A DNA stretch of 64,000 nt from a virus. Made by a program: the position numbers and the translations under genes. The notes under the pieces are model-generated. The model was not told where the DNA came from, did not search any database, and saw only the letters and a program-made list of their open reading frames with translations. Location of the stretch: positions 58,133 to 122,132 of the IMG/VR virus record IMGVR_UViG_3300034418_011550. One strand, given 5' to 3'. The first letter of the stretch is position 1, and every line of letters begins with the position of its first letter. Of this stretch, positions 38,320 to 48,800 are shown in pieces.

Positions 38320-39626
38320 TGAAACCGTTATTTGTAATAAGTTCTCCTTTTGACACCTATAGTGGCTATGGCGCCAGAGCAAGAGATTTAGTTAAAGCCA
38401 TTATTGAAACTGATAAATACGAAGTAATGTTAATGTCTCAGCGTTGGGGCAATACACCTTTTGGATTCTGTAAAGACAATCCAGAATGGGAATTTCTTTT
38501 AGAAAAAACATTACCAGGTAATCAATTAACTAGACAGCCTGATATTTGGGCTCAAGTTACTGTACCTAATGAATTTCAAAGAGTAGGTAAATTTAATATT
38601 GGTTTTACAGCTGGTATTGAAACAACTGTTTGTGCAGGGGAATGGATTGATGGATGCAATAGAATGGATTTAAATATTGTTTCTTCAGAACATTCTAAAA
38701 AAGTTTTCCAAAACTCTAAATTTGAAAAAAGAAATAAACAAACTAATGCTTTAGAAGGTGAGATTGAATTGTCAAAACCAATGGAAGTATTGTTTGAAGG
38801 AGCAGATTTAGACATTTACAAACATCTTAGTTATGGTACTTATGAAGATAATTTATCTGAGTTAAGAAACATTAAAGAAAAATTCGCTTACTTATTTGTA
38901 GGTCATTGGATTCAAGGTGACTTAGGAGAGGATAGAAAAAATGTAGGTTTGTTAGTTAAAGCATTTTTTGAAGTATTCAAAAATAAAACCAATAGACCAG
39001 CATTAATCTTAAAAACATCTCAAGTTGGTTCTTCATATCTTGATAGAGAAGAAGTAATTAAGAAAATTAAAAAAATAGCTAAAACAGTAAATTCTAAAAA
39101 TTTACCTAATGTTTATGTTTTAAATGGAGAATTAAGTGATGAAGAAATGAATGAACTTTATAATCATCCTAAAGTAAAAGCTATGGTTAGTTTAACTAAG
39201 GGTGAAGGTTTTGGTCGTCCATTACTTGAATTTACTTTAAGTAAAAAACCATTACTAACTACAGGATGGTCTGGTCATATGGATTTTCTTGATCCTAAAT
39301 TCGTTACTTTAGTTAAAGGACAATTAACTAATGTTCATCCAAGTGCAGCTAATCAATTCTTATTATCTGACTCTCAATGGTTTAGTCCTGATCATACTGA
39401 AGTAGGATTTTACCTAAAAGATATTTTTGATAACTATAAAAAATATACTGAAGGAGCTAAAAAACAAGCTGAAAAAACTAAAAATGAATTTAGTTGGGAT
39501 AAGATGAAAGATAAAATAGATCAAATTTTAACTAATCATCTTCCTGAATTTCCAAAAGAAATAAAATTAGAAATACCTAAATTAAATAAAATTCAATTAC
39601 CTAAATTAGAAAAAATAGATGGATAA
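38319..39626 (+). CDS. GT-B (GT4-like) glycosyltransferase
   Basis: SGYGARARD, DRKNVG, KGEGFGRPLLE, TGWSGHMDF. Confidence 0.85.
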   Translation: MKPLFVISSPFDTYSGYGARARDLVKAIIETDKYEVMLMSQRWGNTPFGFCKDNPEWEFLLEKTLPGNQLTRQPDIWAQVTVPNEFQRVGKFNIGFTAGIETTVCAGEWIDGCNRMDLNIVSSEHSKKVFQNSKFEKRNKQTNALEGEIELSKPMEVLFEGADLDIYKHLSYGTYEDNLSELRNIKEKFAYLFVGHWIQGDLGEDRKNVGLLVKAFFEVFKNKTNRPALILKTSQVGSSYLDREEVIKKIKKIAKTVNSKNLPNVYVLNGELSDEEMNELYNHPKVKAMVSLTKGEGFGRPLLEFTLSKKPLLTTGWSGHMDFLDPKFVTLVKGQLTNVHPSAANQFLLSDSQWFSPDHTEVGFYLKDIFDNYKKYTEGAKKQAEKTKNEFSWDKMKDKIDQILTNHLPEFPKEIKLEIPKLNKIQLPKLEKIDG

Positions 39627-40074
39627 TTTAATAACATGCGACCGTTGCCAATCAGATGCTTGTTATGTATCTGAAGTAAATGCAGACATTAAAACTTACT
39701 TTTGCTATGGATGTGGCTTTCAAACTAACTCTTTAATGATGGAAGGGGAAGAATTTTTAGAACAACAAAAAGAAACTCTACCAGAACTTTATAAAGATTT
39801 ATTTAGTAAAGATAAAAAAGGAAAAATTTGGATGCCATCAGCAGTAAATATTCCTAATCAAGGAATGATTTTTGCTAATGGAGCCAATATCAGAGATTGG
39901 AATTGGAGTGCTGTTAAAGCAGTTCCTGTAACAGAAGAAGAAAAAGAAAAATACCCTATACCAGGAAAGGAAGGTCAATACTATGAATGGAGAATGGATA
40001 TGACCACACTTAAAAACTTCCCAGAACGTGAGTATATGGATGCTCTTTCTTACATTGGAGTATTACCCGAATGA
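39619..40074 (+). CDS. Hypothetical zinc-ribbon protein
   Basis: CDRC...CYGCG. Confidence 0.5.
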   Translation: MDNLITCDRCQSDACYVSEVNADIKTYFCYGCGFQTNSLMMEGEEFLEQQKETLPELYKDLFSKDKKGKIWMPSAVNIPNQGMIFANGANIRDWNWSAVKAVPVTEEEKEKYPIPGKEGQYYEWRMDMTTLKNFPEREYMDALSYIGVLPE

Positions 40075-40679
40075 TTAGTTTAGCAATTACAGTTTGTAAC
40101 GAACATAAAGAGTTAGAGACTCTATTGGATTATTTATCCGATAGAGCTCTCTTTCCTGATTATGAAGTTGTAATTCAAATTGATAAAGACAATTACACTG
40201 ATGATGTTGTTAGTGTTATTGTTGGAAGGGGAATCAAACATTGGTTCTATCCATTAAATAAAGACTTTGCTAGTTATAAAAATGAGCTAGCAAAACACTG
40301 TGAAGGAGAATATATCTTCCAAATCGATGCTGACGAATTACCCTCAGCAGATTTACTTAACATGCTCCCAAGCATATTAGAAAGCAATCCCGAAGTGGAT
40401 GTATACTTAGTTCCTCGAATTAATACTGTAAGTGGTATCACCGAGGAACATATCCTCAAGTGGGGCTGGAGATATGAAAACGATAGAGTAAATTTCCCTG
40501 ACTATCAATGGAGAATTTATCGAAATGATAAATCAATTAAATGGAAAAATAAAGTTCATGAGGTGTTAGAAGGTTATAAAGGTTATGCTGCTTTACCTGC
40601 TCAAGATGAATTTTGTTTATTACATCCAAAAACAATTGAACGCCAAGAAAAACAAAACCAGTTTTATAATACAATATGA
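40071..40679 (+). CDS. GT-A (GT2-like) glycosyltransferase
   Basis: ITVCNE, DFASYKN, QIDADE (DxD), PDYQWR, HE. Confidence 0.85.
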   Translation: MISLAITVCNEHKELETLLDYLSDRALFPDYEVVIQIDKDNYTDDVVSVIVGRGIKHWFYPLNKDFASYKNELAKHCEGEYIFQIDADELPSADLLNMLPSILESNPEVDVYLVPRINTVSGITEEHILKWGWRYENDRVNFPDYQWRIYRNDKSIKWKNKVHEVLEGYKGYAALPAQDEFCLLHPKTIERQEKQNQFYNTI

Positions 40680-41488
40680 AAATAAAAGTAAATCATTTTG
40701 ATAAAAAAGTTTTTGAAGATAAATTACAACATTTATCCCATATTGATTTTTCTTTATTTGTAGATGCCATTCCTGAAAGTCAAGAGGAATTATCTTCTGT
40801 TAATATTATTTCTTTTCAAGAACCAAATGAATACTTCGGTTTACATGATTGGGTTATAAAAAATAAAGATATATTTTCAGTTATATTAACTTGGGATGAT
40901 AAAGTATTAAACCAATGTGATAATGCTATTTTTCAACCATTTGGACACACCTGGCTAAAACCAGACCAATATGAAAAAGAACATAAAAAAGAATTTAAAT
41001 TAGCTCATTTACAAGGTAAACTACTTAAAACATACGGTCATTCTTTAAGACATGAAGTAACAGCTAGAGAAAATGAATTTAAAATACCTACTAAATTCTA
41101 TGAAACTTATGGAGATAGAAACAACATTGATGATGCTCGTTTAGGTAAAGAATTTATATTCAGTGATTCACAGTATGGAGTAGTAATTGAAAATACTTCT
41201 CATAGAGGTTATTTTACTGAGAAAATATTAGATTGTTTTTTACTTAAAACTATTCCTTTATATTGGGGTTGTTCAAACCTATGGGATTATTTTGATACAG
41301 ACGGTATTATAAATATTAATAACATTGATGACTTAATTAATGTAGCAAATAATTTAACTGAAGATTTTTATGAATCTAAAAAAGAAGCTATTAATAAAAA
41401 TTGGCAATTAGCTTTAAATTATGTACATTACGAACAAAACATAATTAATACAATAACTAAAATTTTTAAACACAATAATCTTATATGA
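40676..41488 (+). CDS. GT10-like (alpha-1,3-fucosyltransferase-like) glycosyltransferase
   Basis: YGVVIENTSHRGYFTEKILDCFLLKTIPLYWG is the GT10 donor-binding motif. Confidence 0.72.
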   Translation: MKIKVNHFDKKVFEDKLQHLSHIDFSLFVDAIPESQEELSSVNIISFQEPNEYFGLHDWVIKNKDIFSVILTWDDKVLNQCDNAIFQPFGHTWLKPDQYEKEHKKEFKLAHLQGKLLKTYGHSLRHEVTARENEFKIPTKFYETYGDRNNIDDARLGKEFIFSDSQYGVVIENTSHRGYFTEKILDCFLLKTIPLYWGCSNLWDYFDTDGIININNIDDLINVANNLTEDFYESKKEAINKNWQLALNYVHYEQNIINTITKIFKHNNLI

Positions 41489-42627
41489 AAAAAATATGGT
41501 ATGCCCCTTATAAGTTTGAGTCTTATGGGGAAGAAGAAATCAAAGCAGTAGAAGAATCACTCCGATCAGGTTGGTTAGGTGGACAAGGACCTAAATCTGT
41601 TGAATTTGAAGAAAAAATAGCTAAACACTTTGGTAAAAAGTATGGTGTATTTGTAAATTCAGGTTCATCAGCTTGTTTACTTGCTTTAGCTAGTTTACAA
41701 CTGCCTAAAGGTACTAAAATTGTTACACCAGCATGTACCTTTTCAACTACATTAGCTCCTATTATTCAATTAGGACTCAAACCAGTATTTGTTGATGTTG
41801 GAGTAAATGATTATGTAGCCCAAGTAGGTGAAGTGTTAGCTGCTATTGATGATGAAGTTAAAGTCCTCATGTTGCCTAATTTGATTGGTAATAAACCAAA
41901 TTGGAAAGAAATCAAAGAAGGTTTAATAGCAATGGGTCGCGAAGATATTATTTTGATTGAAGACTCAGCAGACACAGTCACTCATACTCCAGAATCAGAT
42001 ATCGCCACTACTAGTTTTTATGCATCACATGTTATTACAGCAGGTGGTTCAGGTGGTATGGTAATGTTTAATGATAAGAAATTAGTAAATGTTTGTTTAC
42101 AATTCCGAGATTGGGGACGAATGGGTAATGACTCAGAAATTATGTCTGATCGTTTTAACCATGATGTAGATGGTATTGCTTATGACCATAAATTCTTATA
42201 TAGTGTTTTAGGTTATAACTTTAAATCATCTGAAATGAATGCTGCTTTTGGATTGGTTCAATTGGATCGTTTTAAAGAATTTGAACAAATTCGTAGAGCA
42301 AATATTGAGCGTTATATTAAAAATCTTCAAGGTGTAGGTGATATTGTATTACCTGATGATTCAATTAAACCAAATTGGTTAGCAATTCCTTTACAAACTG
42401 AAAAACGTTTTGAACTATTGAATTTCTTGGAAGACAATAATATCCAAACTCGTGTGACATTTGCTGGTAACGTAACTCGTCACCCTGTTTACAGAGAATA
42501 TCTCCAACCATTCACTAATTCAGATCTTATTATGAAAAATGGTTTCTTATTAGGAGCACATCATGGTATGACTATTGAAGATGTAGATTATGTTTGTGAT
42601 AAAATCAAAGAATTTTTTAATAAATAA
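41485..42627 (+). CDS. DegT/DnrJ-family PLP enzyme; ColD/E1-type NDP-4-keto-6-deoxysugar 3-dehydratase
   Basis: NSGSSA, IEDSAD, SFYASHVITAGGSGG with His at the position of the usual PLP lysine. Confidence 0.75.
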   Translation: MKKIWYAPYKFESYGEEEIKAVEESLRSGWLGGQGPKSVEFEEKIAKHFGKKYGVFVNSGSSACLLALASLQLPKGTKIVTPACTFSTTLAPIIQLGLKPVFVDVGVNDYVAQVGEVLAAIDDEVKVLMLPNLIGNKPNWKEIKEGLIAMGREDIILIEDSADTVTHTPESDIATTSFYASHVITAGGSGGMVMFNDKKLVNVCLQFRDWGRMGNDSEIMSDRFNHDVDGIAYDHKFLYSVLGYNFKSSEMNAAFGLVQLDRFKEFEQIRRANIERYIKNLQGVGDIVLPDDSIKPNWLAIPLQTEKRFELLNFLEDNNIQTRVTFAGNVTRHPVYREYLQPFTNSDLIMKNGFLLGAHHGMTIEDVDYVCDKIKEFFNK

Positions 42628-42630
42628 TTA

Positions 42631-44409
42631 GTGAAAAAAACATTAGAACATTTAGTTGACTCTTTAGTTTATAATAATATAGATACCTTTTTTCTAGTTA
42701 CTGGAGGTGCTATTGCTCCTATAGTAGATTATATAGGACAACATCCAAAAACTAAATATTACTGTTTTCAACATGAACAATCAGCTGCTATGGCGGCTGA
42801 AACATATTTCAGAACATCAGGAAAATTAGGAGTAGTACTAAGTACTAGCGGCCCAGGAGCTCAAAATTTATTGAATGGCATTTGTGGATGTTGGTATGAA
42901 TCAATTCCTTGCTTATTTATAACAGGTCAGGTTAGTACTTATGAATCTATTGATTGTATAGAATCAAATCCAAGACAACTAGGTTTTCAAGAAATGCCTG
43001 TTGTAGAATCTTTTAAACCATTTACTAAATTTATTAAAAAATTAACTTCAAATAATGATTTTAATCAAACTTTAAAACAAGCAATTGAAACTTGTTTTAT
43101 TGGAAGGTTTGGTCCTAGTCTATTAGATATCCCAATGGATATCCAAAATCGACTATTAGAAGATACTTCTTTAATTAAATTTAATACATATAGTCCTATT
43201 ATTGATGAAAATTTAGAAAATAAAATAAAGAATATTAATATAAAAATCAAAGAAAGTAAAAGACCACTTTTATTAATAGGTCATGGGGTTAGATTATCTA
43301 ATTCAATGGATGAAGTATTAATGTTGATAAATAAATTAAATATTCCTTTTGTTGTTAGTTGGGGTGGTTTTGATTCTATTCCTCATAATCATCCTTTATT
43401 TATAGGAGACATAGGAGTTTATGGAAGTAGAGGAGGCAACTTCGCCATCCAAAATTGTGATTTACTGTTATCTATAGGTTCTAGATTAGATACAAGACAA
43501 ACTGGAGGTGATTTAAAAACATTTTCAAGAGAATCATATAAAATTATGGTTGATATAGATGAAAATGAAATAAAAAAAGGTAGAGGATTAAATATAAACC
43601 TACCAGTAGTTTGCGATGCTAAGATCTTTATTAATCATTTATTTGGTTCTTGTGAACCTCAAGATAAAAAAGAATGGAACCAAAAATGTCAAGATTATAA
43701 AAATATAAAAGAAAATAGAACTTTAAAAGAAGATGTTTTAACTTCTTATGAATTTTTAGAACAACTAAATGATAATCTTCCTGAAGACTCAGTTATTATT
43801 CCTGATGAGGGAGGTCATTTAGTGTGGGCTATGCAATCTTTAAAAACAAAATTTAAACAAAGAATATTTTCTAATTTTGGAAACTCATCAATGGGGTATG
43901 GATTACCAGCAGCGATAGGAGCAGCTATTGGGACTGATAAACCTGTAATTTGTATTGATGGAGATGGAGGTTTTCAAATGAATATTCAAGAACTCCAAAC
44001 TGTTAAACATTATAATTTACCTATTAAGATTTTTATAATGAATAATAATTGTTACGGTATTATTAAACAATTTCAAGATTTAGTCTTCAACTCCAGATAT
44101 ATAGCTACTGAAAATAAAGATTATTCAGTTCCTGACTTTATTAAAGTGGCTCAAGCATATGGTATTAAAGCAGTAGAAGCTAACAAAAATAACTTTAAAG
44201 AAGTAATAAATTTGGCTTTACAAGAAGAAGGAAGTATATTAGTAAATGTTATTATTGATAGAGAACAAAAATTATTACCAAAATTAGAATTTGGAAATCC
44301 TTTAGAAGATATGTTTCCTTATCTAGAAGAAGATATTTTAAATAAAAATATGATTATAAATAAAATTCCAAGAAAAGAAAAAATTAAAAGTTGGGTTACA
44401 TTAAAATAA
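42631..44409 (+). CDS. Thiamine-diphosphate-dependent enzyme (acetolactate synthase-like / YerE-like carboligase)
   Basis: HEQSAAMAA, TSGPG, TGQV, GDGGFQMNIQEL...MNNNCYG. Confidence 0.85.
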   Translation: MKKTLEHLVDSLVYNNIDTFFLVTGGAIAPIVDYIGQHPKTKYYCFQHEQSAAMAAETYFRTSGKLGVVLSTSGPGAQNLLNGICGCWYESIPCLFITGQVSTYESIDCIESNPRQLGFQEMPVVESFKPFTKFIKKLTSNNDFNQTLKQAIETCFIGRFGPSLLDIPMDIQNRLLEDTSLIKFNTYSPIIDENLENKIKNINIKIKESKRPLLLIGHGVRLSNSMDEVLMLINKLNIPFVVSWGGFDSIPHNHPLFIGDIGVYGSRGGNFAIQNCDLLLSIGSRLDTRQTGGDLKTFSRESYKIMVDIDENEIKKGRGLNINLPVVCDAKIFINHLFGSCEPQDKKEWNQKCQDYKNIKENRTLKEDVLTSYEFLEQLNDNLPEDSVIIPDEGGHLVWAMQSLKTKFKQRIFSNFGNSSMGYGLPAAIGAAIGTDKPVICIDGDGGFQMNIQELQTVKHYNLPIKIFIMNNNCYGIIKQFQDLVFNSRYIATENKDYSVPDFIKVAQAYGIKAVEANKNNFKEVINLALQEEGSILVNVIIDREQKLLPKLEFGNPLEDMFPYLEEDILNKNMIINKIPRKEKIKSWVTLK

Positions 44410-44413
44410 AATT

Positions 44414-45349
44414 ATGGCAGCAGATAGTAAAACTAAAAAAACAATTCTTACCCTTAATCAAAATAAGAGTAAAGGAAACAAAACTGTATTAGTCACTGCG
44501 TATGATTACCCTCAAGCACGTATGGCAGACGCCGCTGGGGTTGATTGTATTTTAGTAGGTGATTCATTAGGCATGACTACATTAGGTCACAAAACAACTA
44601 TTCCTGTAACTATGGATGATATGATTCGTTCGTGTGAAGCAGTAAGTAGAGGTAATGAAAATGCTCTCTTAATTGGTGATATGCCCTATATGTCCTACCA
44701 ACCATCAGATCAAGTAGCAATTGAAAATGCAGGTCGTTTTATTGTTGCTGGGTGTGATATGGTTAAAGTAGAAGGCGCTATGGTTGACCGAGTTAAAGCC
44801 ATTGCTAGCTCAGGTATTATGGTTATGAGTCATTTAGGTCTTACACCTCATACTCGCGCTAAATTAGGTGGTTATAAAGTTCAAGGCAAAACAGCAGCCC
44901 AAGCTGAAATTGTTTTAAAACAAGCTTTAGCTCTTCAAGAAGCAGGTTGTTCAGCCTTATTACTTGAGGCAATGCCTAAAGAACCAGCAGGAATGATTGC
45001 CCGTGCTTTAGATATCCCCGTTTATGGAATTGGCGCTGGTGATGAAGTAGATGGTCAGTTAGTTATTTTTCATGATCTAATGGGACTATTTTGGGAATTC
45101 AAATCAAAATTTGTTAAACGTTATTGTGAAGCGGGTCAAATTATGACTCAAGCATTAACAGATTATGCTAATGAGGTTCGTAATGGTCAATTCCCATCAC
45201 AAGAAAATTTCTATGAAATTAAAGAAGAAGAACTTGAAAAATTACTAGGAGATGAAAAATGGAAATATGAGTTAGATAAAGATTATTATAACAATAATAA
45301 CCATAGTGTGACTCCAATTACTAATAATCCTACAGTAGTAAAACGTTAA
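44414..45349 (+). CDS. panB: Ketopantoate hydroxymethyltransferase-like enzyme
   Basis: TAYDY, LVGDSLGM, DMPYMSY, VKVEG, HLGLTP, GIGAG, DGQ..HD. Confidence 0.88.
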   Translation: MAADSKTKKTILTLNQNKSKGNKTVLVTAYDYPQARMADAAGVDCILVGDSLGMTTLGHKTTIPVTMDDMIRSCEAVSRGNENALLIGDMPYMSYQPSDQVAIENAGRFIVAGCDMVKVEGAMVDRVKAIASSGIMVMSHLGLTPHTRAKLGGYKVQGKTAAQAEIVLKQALALQEAGCSALLLEAMPKEPAGMIARALDIPVYGIGAGDEVDGQLVIFHDLMGLFWEFKSKFVKRYCEAGQIMTQALTDYANEVRNGQFPSQENFYEIKEEELEKLLGDEKWKYELDKDYYNNNNHSVTPITNNPTVVKR

Positions 45350-46116
45350 TGAATATTTTAATTACAGGGGCGGGGGGGTATATTGGAAAAGTTTTTTATA
45401 ATTATTTTAAAACTGAGTATAATATATCTCTTTTAACCCGAAAAGAAGCAGATTTAACTAATTTAAAACAAGTTAAAAGTTTTTTTCAAGACAAATATTT
45501 TGATATTGTAATACATTGTGCTATAGTAGGGGGAGGTAGATTAGATGAGGATACTCCTTCTGTATTAGATGACAATTTAAAAATGTATTACAATTTATTA
45601 GAATGTGAAAATCACTTTAATAAATTAATCCATTTCGGTTCAGGAGCAGAATCACAAGAAAGTTTTTATGGATGGAGTAAAAAAATAATTCATAACTCAA
45701 TTCAAGATAAAGATAAATTTTATAATATTAGAATTTTAAATGTATTTGATGAAAATGAGTTAGATTATAAATTTATTAAAACTAACATTCAAAAATACAT
45801 AAATAAACAAGATATAGAAATCTTTCAAAATAAGTTTATGGATTTCTTTTATATGGAAGACTTAGTTACTTTAATTAGATATTATATTAACAATGATGGT
45901 CCTAAAGTAATAGATTGTTGTTATGATTATTCTCCTACATTATATGATATAGCTCAAATTATAAATAATTTATCTGATTATAAGGTCAATATAAATTTTA
46001 AAAATTGGAATATGGCTCCTCCCTTTAATGGAAAATTTACTAATTTAAATTTAAAATTTATTGGTTTAGAACAAGGTATAAAAAATGTATATAATATTTT
46101 AAAGAATGAATATTAA
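45349..46116 (+). CDS. NAD-dependent sugar epimerase/reductase (extended SDR)
   Basis: ITGAGGYIG, VIHCA, YGWSK. Confidence 0.82.
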   Translation: MNILITGAGGYIGKVFYNYFKTEYNISLLTRKEADLTNLKQVKSFFQDKYFDIVIHCAIVGGGRLDEDTPSVLDDNLKMYYNLLECENHFNKLIHFGSGAESQESFYGWSKKIIHNSIQDKDKFYNIRILNVFDENELDYKFIKTNIQKYINKQDIEIFQNKFMDFFYMEDLVTLIRYYINNDGPKVIDCCYDYSPTLYDIAQIINNLSDYKVNINFKNWNMAPPFNGKFTNLNLKFIGLEQGIKNVYNILKNEY

Positions 46117-47020
46117 AATATCTTGTCATATAATGCCCTGGGATATAGATTATGCTTTATTAACTTTTACCCAATTAAAAAAATCATTTCCTTATATACC
46201 AAAAGATGTTAATATTACTTTAAATCCTGAATTAAATTTATCTAATTATCTAGTAGATTGGAATAATAGTAAATTACCTAAAAATTATTTTATAGATAAA
46301 TTCAATACTCTTCTCTATCTATTAGAAGACTACTCAGTCAATTCAAAAATCAATGAAGAAGATATTCTTTATGGCCATTTAGACCAACAAAGAAACCTAA
46401 TATCAGAGGAAGTAGATTATTATATGAGTATTTGTCCTGATGTTTATTTTAGTGAATATACTCTTTATTATTTAATAGAATCAGCTAAACAAATAAAAAA
46501 TAAATATTTTGTATTAAGTCCCCAACATAGAAAATTAACTGATAATAGTTGGGATCCAACTACTGATAAAGATTATTTAAATATACCTTATGAAAAATGT
46601 GATGAAGTTAATATTTTTGATATAAGATATAATAGTAAACAAAAAAATGATTTAACAGTAGAACCAGTTCACACACCTAAATTTGCTGGTTGGTGTGATT
46701 TATATAGTAAAGCATTTTATGAAGATTTAGTTCCTATACATGATGATTGGAGTGGTTATGGCCCTTGGGATTGGTATAGTATGATTTTAATAAATTATGC
46801 TAAACAATTTAATCTTGACTTTCAACAGTATGTTTTAAGAGGACTTACAGTAGGAGACTATTGGACAGGTAATTGGAAAGAAAAAGATGGATTATCAGGT
46901 TACTATAAGAGTTTAATAGTTAAAAAAGATATACCTGACCAAAGAGCTAATTTTGAAGCTAATTTAGAAGAATATGTCAAGAAAGGTATTTTAATGTTAA
47001 AAGAAAAAGGAATCATATGA
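46106..47020 (+). CDS. Hypothetical glycosyltransferase-like protein
   Basis: ICPDVYF, W.GYGPWD; context within the glycosylation island. Confidence 0.45.
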   Translation: MNIKISCHIMPWDIDYALLTFTQLKKSFPYIPKDVNITLNPELNLSNYLVDWNNSKLPKNYFIDKFNTLLYLLEDYSVNSKINEEDILYGHLDQQRNLISEEVDYYMSICPDVYFSEYTLYYLIESAKQIKNKYFVLSPQHRKLTDNSWDPTTDKDYLNIPYEKCDEVNIFDIRYNSKQKNDLTVEPVHTPKFAGWCDLYSKAFYEDLVPIHDDWSGYGPWDWYSMILINYAKQFNLDFQQYVLRGLTVGDYWTGNWKEKDGLSGYYKSLIVKKDIPDQRANFEANLEEYVKKGILMLKEKGII

Positions 47021-48375
47021 TTAAATTAATTGTATTTGATTTGGATGGAGTTTTAGTAGAGGCTAAAAATATCCATTTTGAAGCATTAAATAAAGCTTTA
47101 GGTAAATACGCTATTGATTGGAACGAGCATTTATCTACTTATGATGGTTTGAAAACAAATCAAAAACTAGAAATGCTTCATAAGAATAAAGGTTTACCTA
47201 AAGAGAAATTTGAAGAAGTATGGAATAATAAACAAAAATATACTCTAGAGGCATTAGCTAGTTTAAAAAAAGATGATACTTTATATTCAACTATCCAAAA
47301 TTTATCATCAGATGGATATAAATTAGCTGTTTGTTCTAATAGTATTCGTAAAACAGTATTAACTGTATTATCTAAATTAGGTATTATTGAGTTTTTTGAT
47401 TTGATATTATCAAATGAAGATGTTCAAAACAGTAAACCCCATCCAGAAATGTATTGGAAGGCTATCTCAAAAATGAGTTGTCTGCCTGAAGAAGCATTAA
47501 TTATTGAAGATTCACCTTACGGATTGTTAGCTGCTTCTAGAAGTAAAGCTCATATACTTAGAGTTGGATCCCCTAAAGAAGTTAATTATATTAATATAGC
47601 TCAAAAAATTAAATCAATTAAAGAAGGATATATTATGAAATCACCCGCTTGGAGAGATGAAAAATTAAATATACTTATACCAATGGCTGGTGCTGGTTCT
47701 AGATTTGAACAGGCTGGTTATACATTTCCTAAACCGCTTATTGATGTTAGGAATAAACCTATGATTCAAGTGGTAGTTGAAAACCTTAATATTAAAGCTA
47801 ATTACGTTTATATTGTTCAAAAGAAACATAGAGAAAAATACAACCTAGATACTCTACTTAATCTAATTACTCCAGGTTGTAAAATAGTAGAGGTTGATGG
47901 TTTAACTGAAGGGGCTGCTTGTACAGCATTACTAGCTAAAGAATATATTAATAATGATGCTCCTTTATTCTTTGCCAATTCAGACCAGTTTGTTGAATGG
48001 GACTCAAATGAGTTTATGTATAAAATGAATGAAACAAATACTGATGGAGGTATTGTTACATTTGAAGCCACTCATCCTAAATGGTCATTTGCTAAAGTAA
48101 ATGAATTAGGATTAGTAACTGAAGTAGCTGAGAAAAATCCTATATCAAATATTGCTACTGTTGGTTATTATTATTGGAAACATGGTTCTGACTTTGTAAA
48201 ATATGCTGAACAGATGATTGATAAAAATATTAGAGTAAATAATGAGTTTTATGTTTGTCCTGTATTTAATGAAGCTATTCAAGACAATAAACAAATTAGA
48301 ACATTTAATATAGATAAAATGTGGGGGTTAGGAACACCTGAAGATTTAAAATATTATCTAGAAAATTACAAATGA
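47017..48375 (+). CDS. HAD phosphatase fused to a sugar-phosphate nucleotidyltransferase
   Basis: FDLDGV, SKPHP, IEDS; then IPMAGAGSRF..GY..PKPLI, NSDQ, GTPEDL. Confidence 0.85.
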   Translation: MIKLIVFDLDGVLVEAKNIHFEALNKALGKYAIDWNEHLSTYDGLKTNQKLEMLHKNKGLPKEKFEEVWNNKQKYTLEALASLKKDDTLYSTIQNLSSDGYKLAVCSNSIRKTVLTVLSKLGIIEFFDLILSNEDVQNSKPHPEMYWKAISKMSCLPEEALIIEDSPYGLLAASRSKAHILRVGSPKEVNYINIAQKIKSIKEGYIMKSPAWRDEKLNILIPMAGAGSRFEQAGYTFPKPLIDVRNKPMIQVVVENLNIKANYVYIVQKKHREKYNLDTLLNLITPGCKIVEVDGLTEGAACTALLAKEYINNDAPLFFANSDQFVEWDSNEFMYKMNETNTDGGIVTFEATHPKWSFAKVNELGLVTEVAEKNPISNIATVGYYYWKHGSDFVKYAEQMIDKNIRVNNEFYVCPVFNEAIQDNKQIRTFNIDKMWGLGTPEDLKYYLENYK

Positions 48376-48800
48376 TACTAATTAGCCATAGAGGAAATAC
48401 CAATGGTCCTAACCCTGAAAAGGAAAACCATCCAGACTACATTATAAAAGCATTATCTGAAGGGTATGATGTTGAAGTTGACGTTTGGTATGTTAATGGT
48501 GAATTTTATTTAGGACATGATAAACCTCAATACAAAACTAATAAAATATTTTTAAGTAATAATCATCTATGGGTTCATTGTAAAAATGTAGAAGCATTGA
48601 ATCAATTTAGATTTGATTCCGGTATTAATTATTTTTGGCATGAAAATGATACAGTTGCTTTAACTTCACAAAAATACATTTGGGCCTACCCAGGCAAACA
48701 ACCTATTAAAAATAGTATAGCAGTTATGCCTGAACTTTATTTAGATGATGTAAATCAATGTGCAGGGATTTGTTCTGATTATATTCAAAATTATAAATGA
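48372..48800 (+). CDS. Glycerophosphodiester phosphodiesterase-like (PLC-like TIM barrel) protein
   Basis: ISHRGN, DVEVDVW, LGHD, HCKN, GICSD. Confidence 0.65.
   Translation: MILISHRGNTNGPNPEKENHPDYIIKALSEGYDVEVDVWYVNGEFYLGHDKPQYKTNKIFLSNNHLWVHCKNVEALNQFRFDSGINYFWHENDTVALTSQKYIWAYPGKQPIKNSIAVMPELYLDDVNQCAGICSDYIQNYK

Noticed and set aside
42631-45349. ilvB and panB as branched-chain amino acid or pantothenate auxiliary metabolic genes
   Set aside because: No partner genes (ilvN/C/D, panC/E) in the window, and both are embedded between NDP-sugar enzymes and glycosyltransferases.
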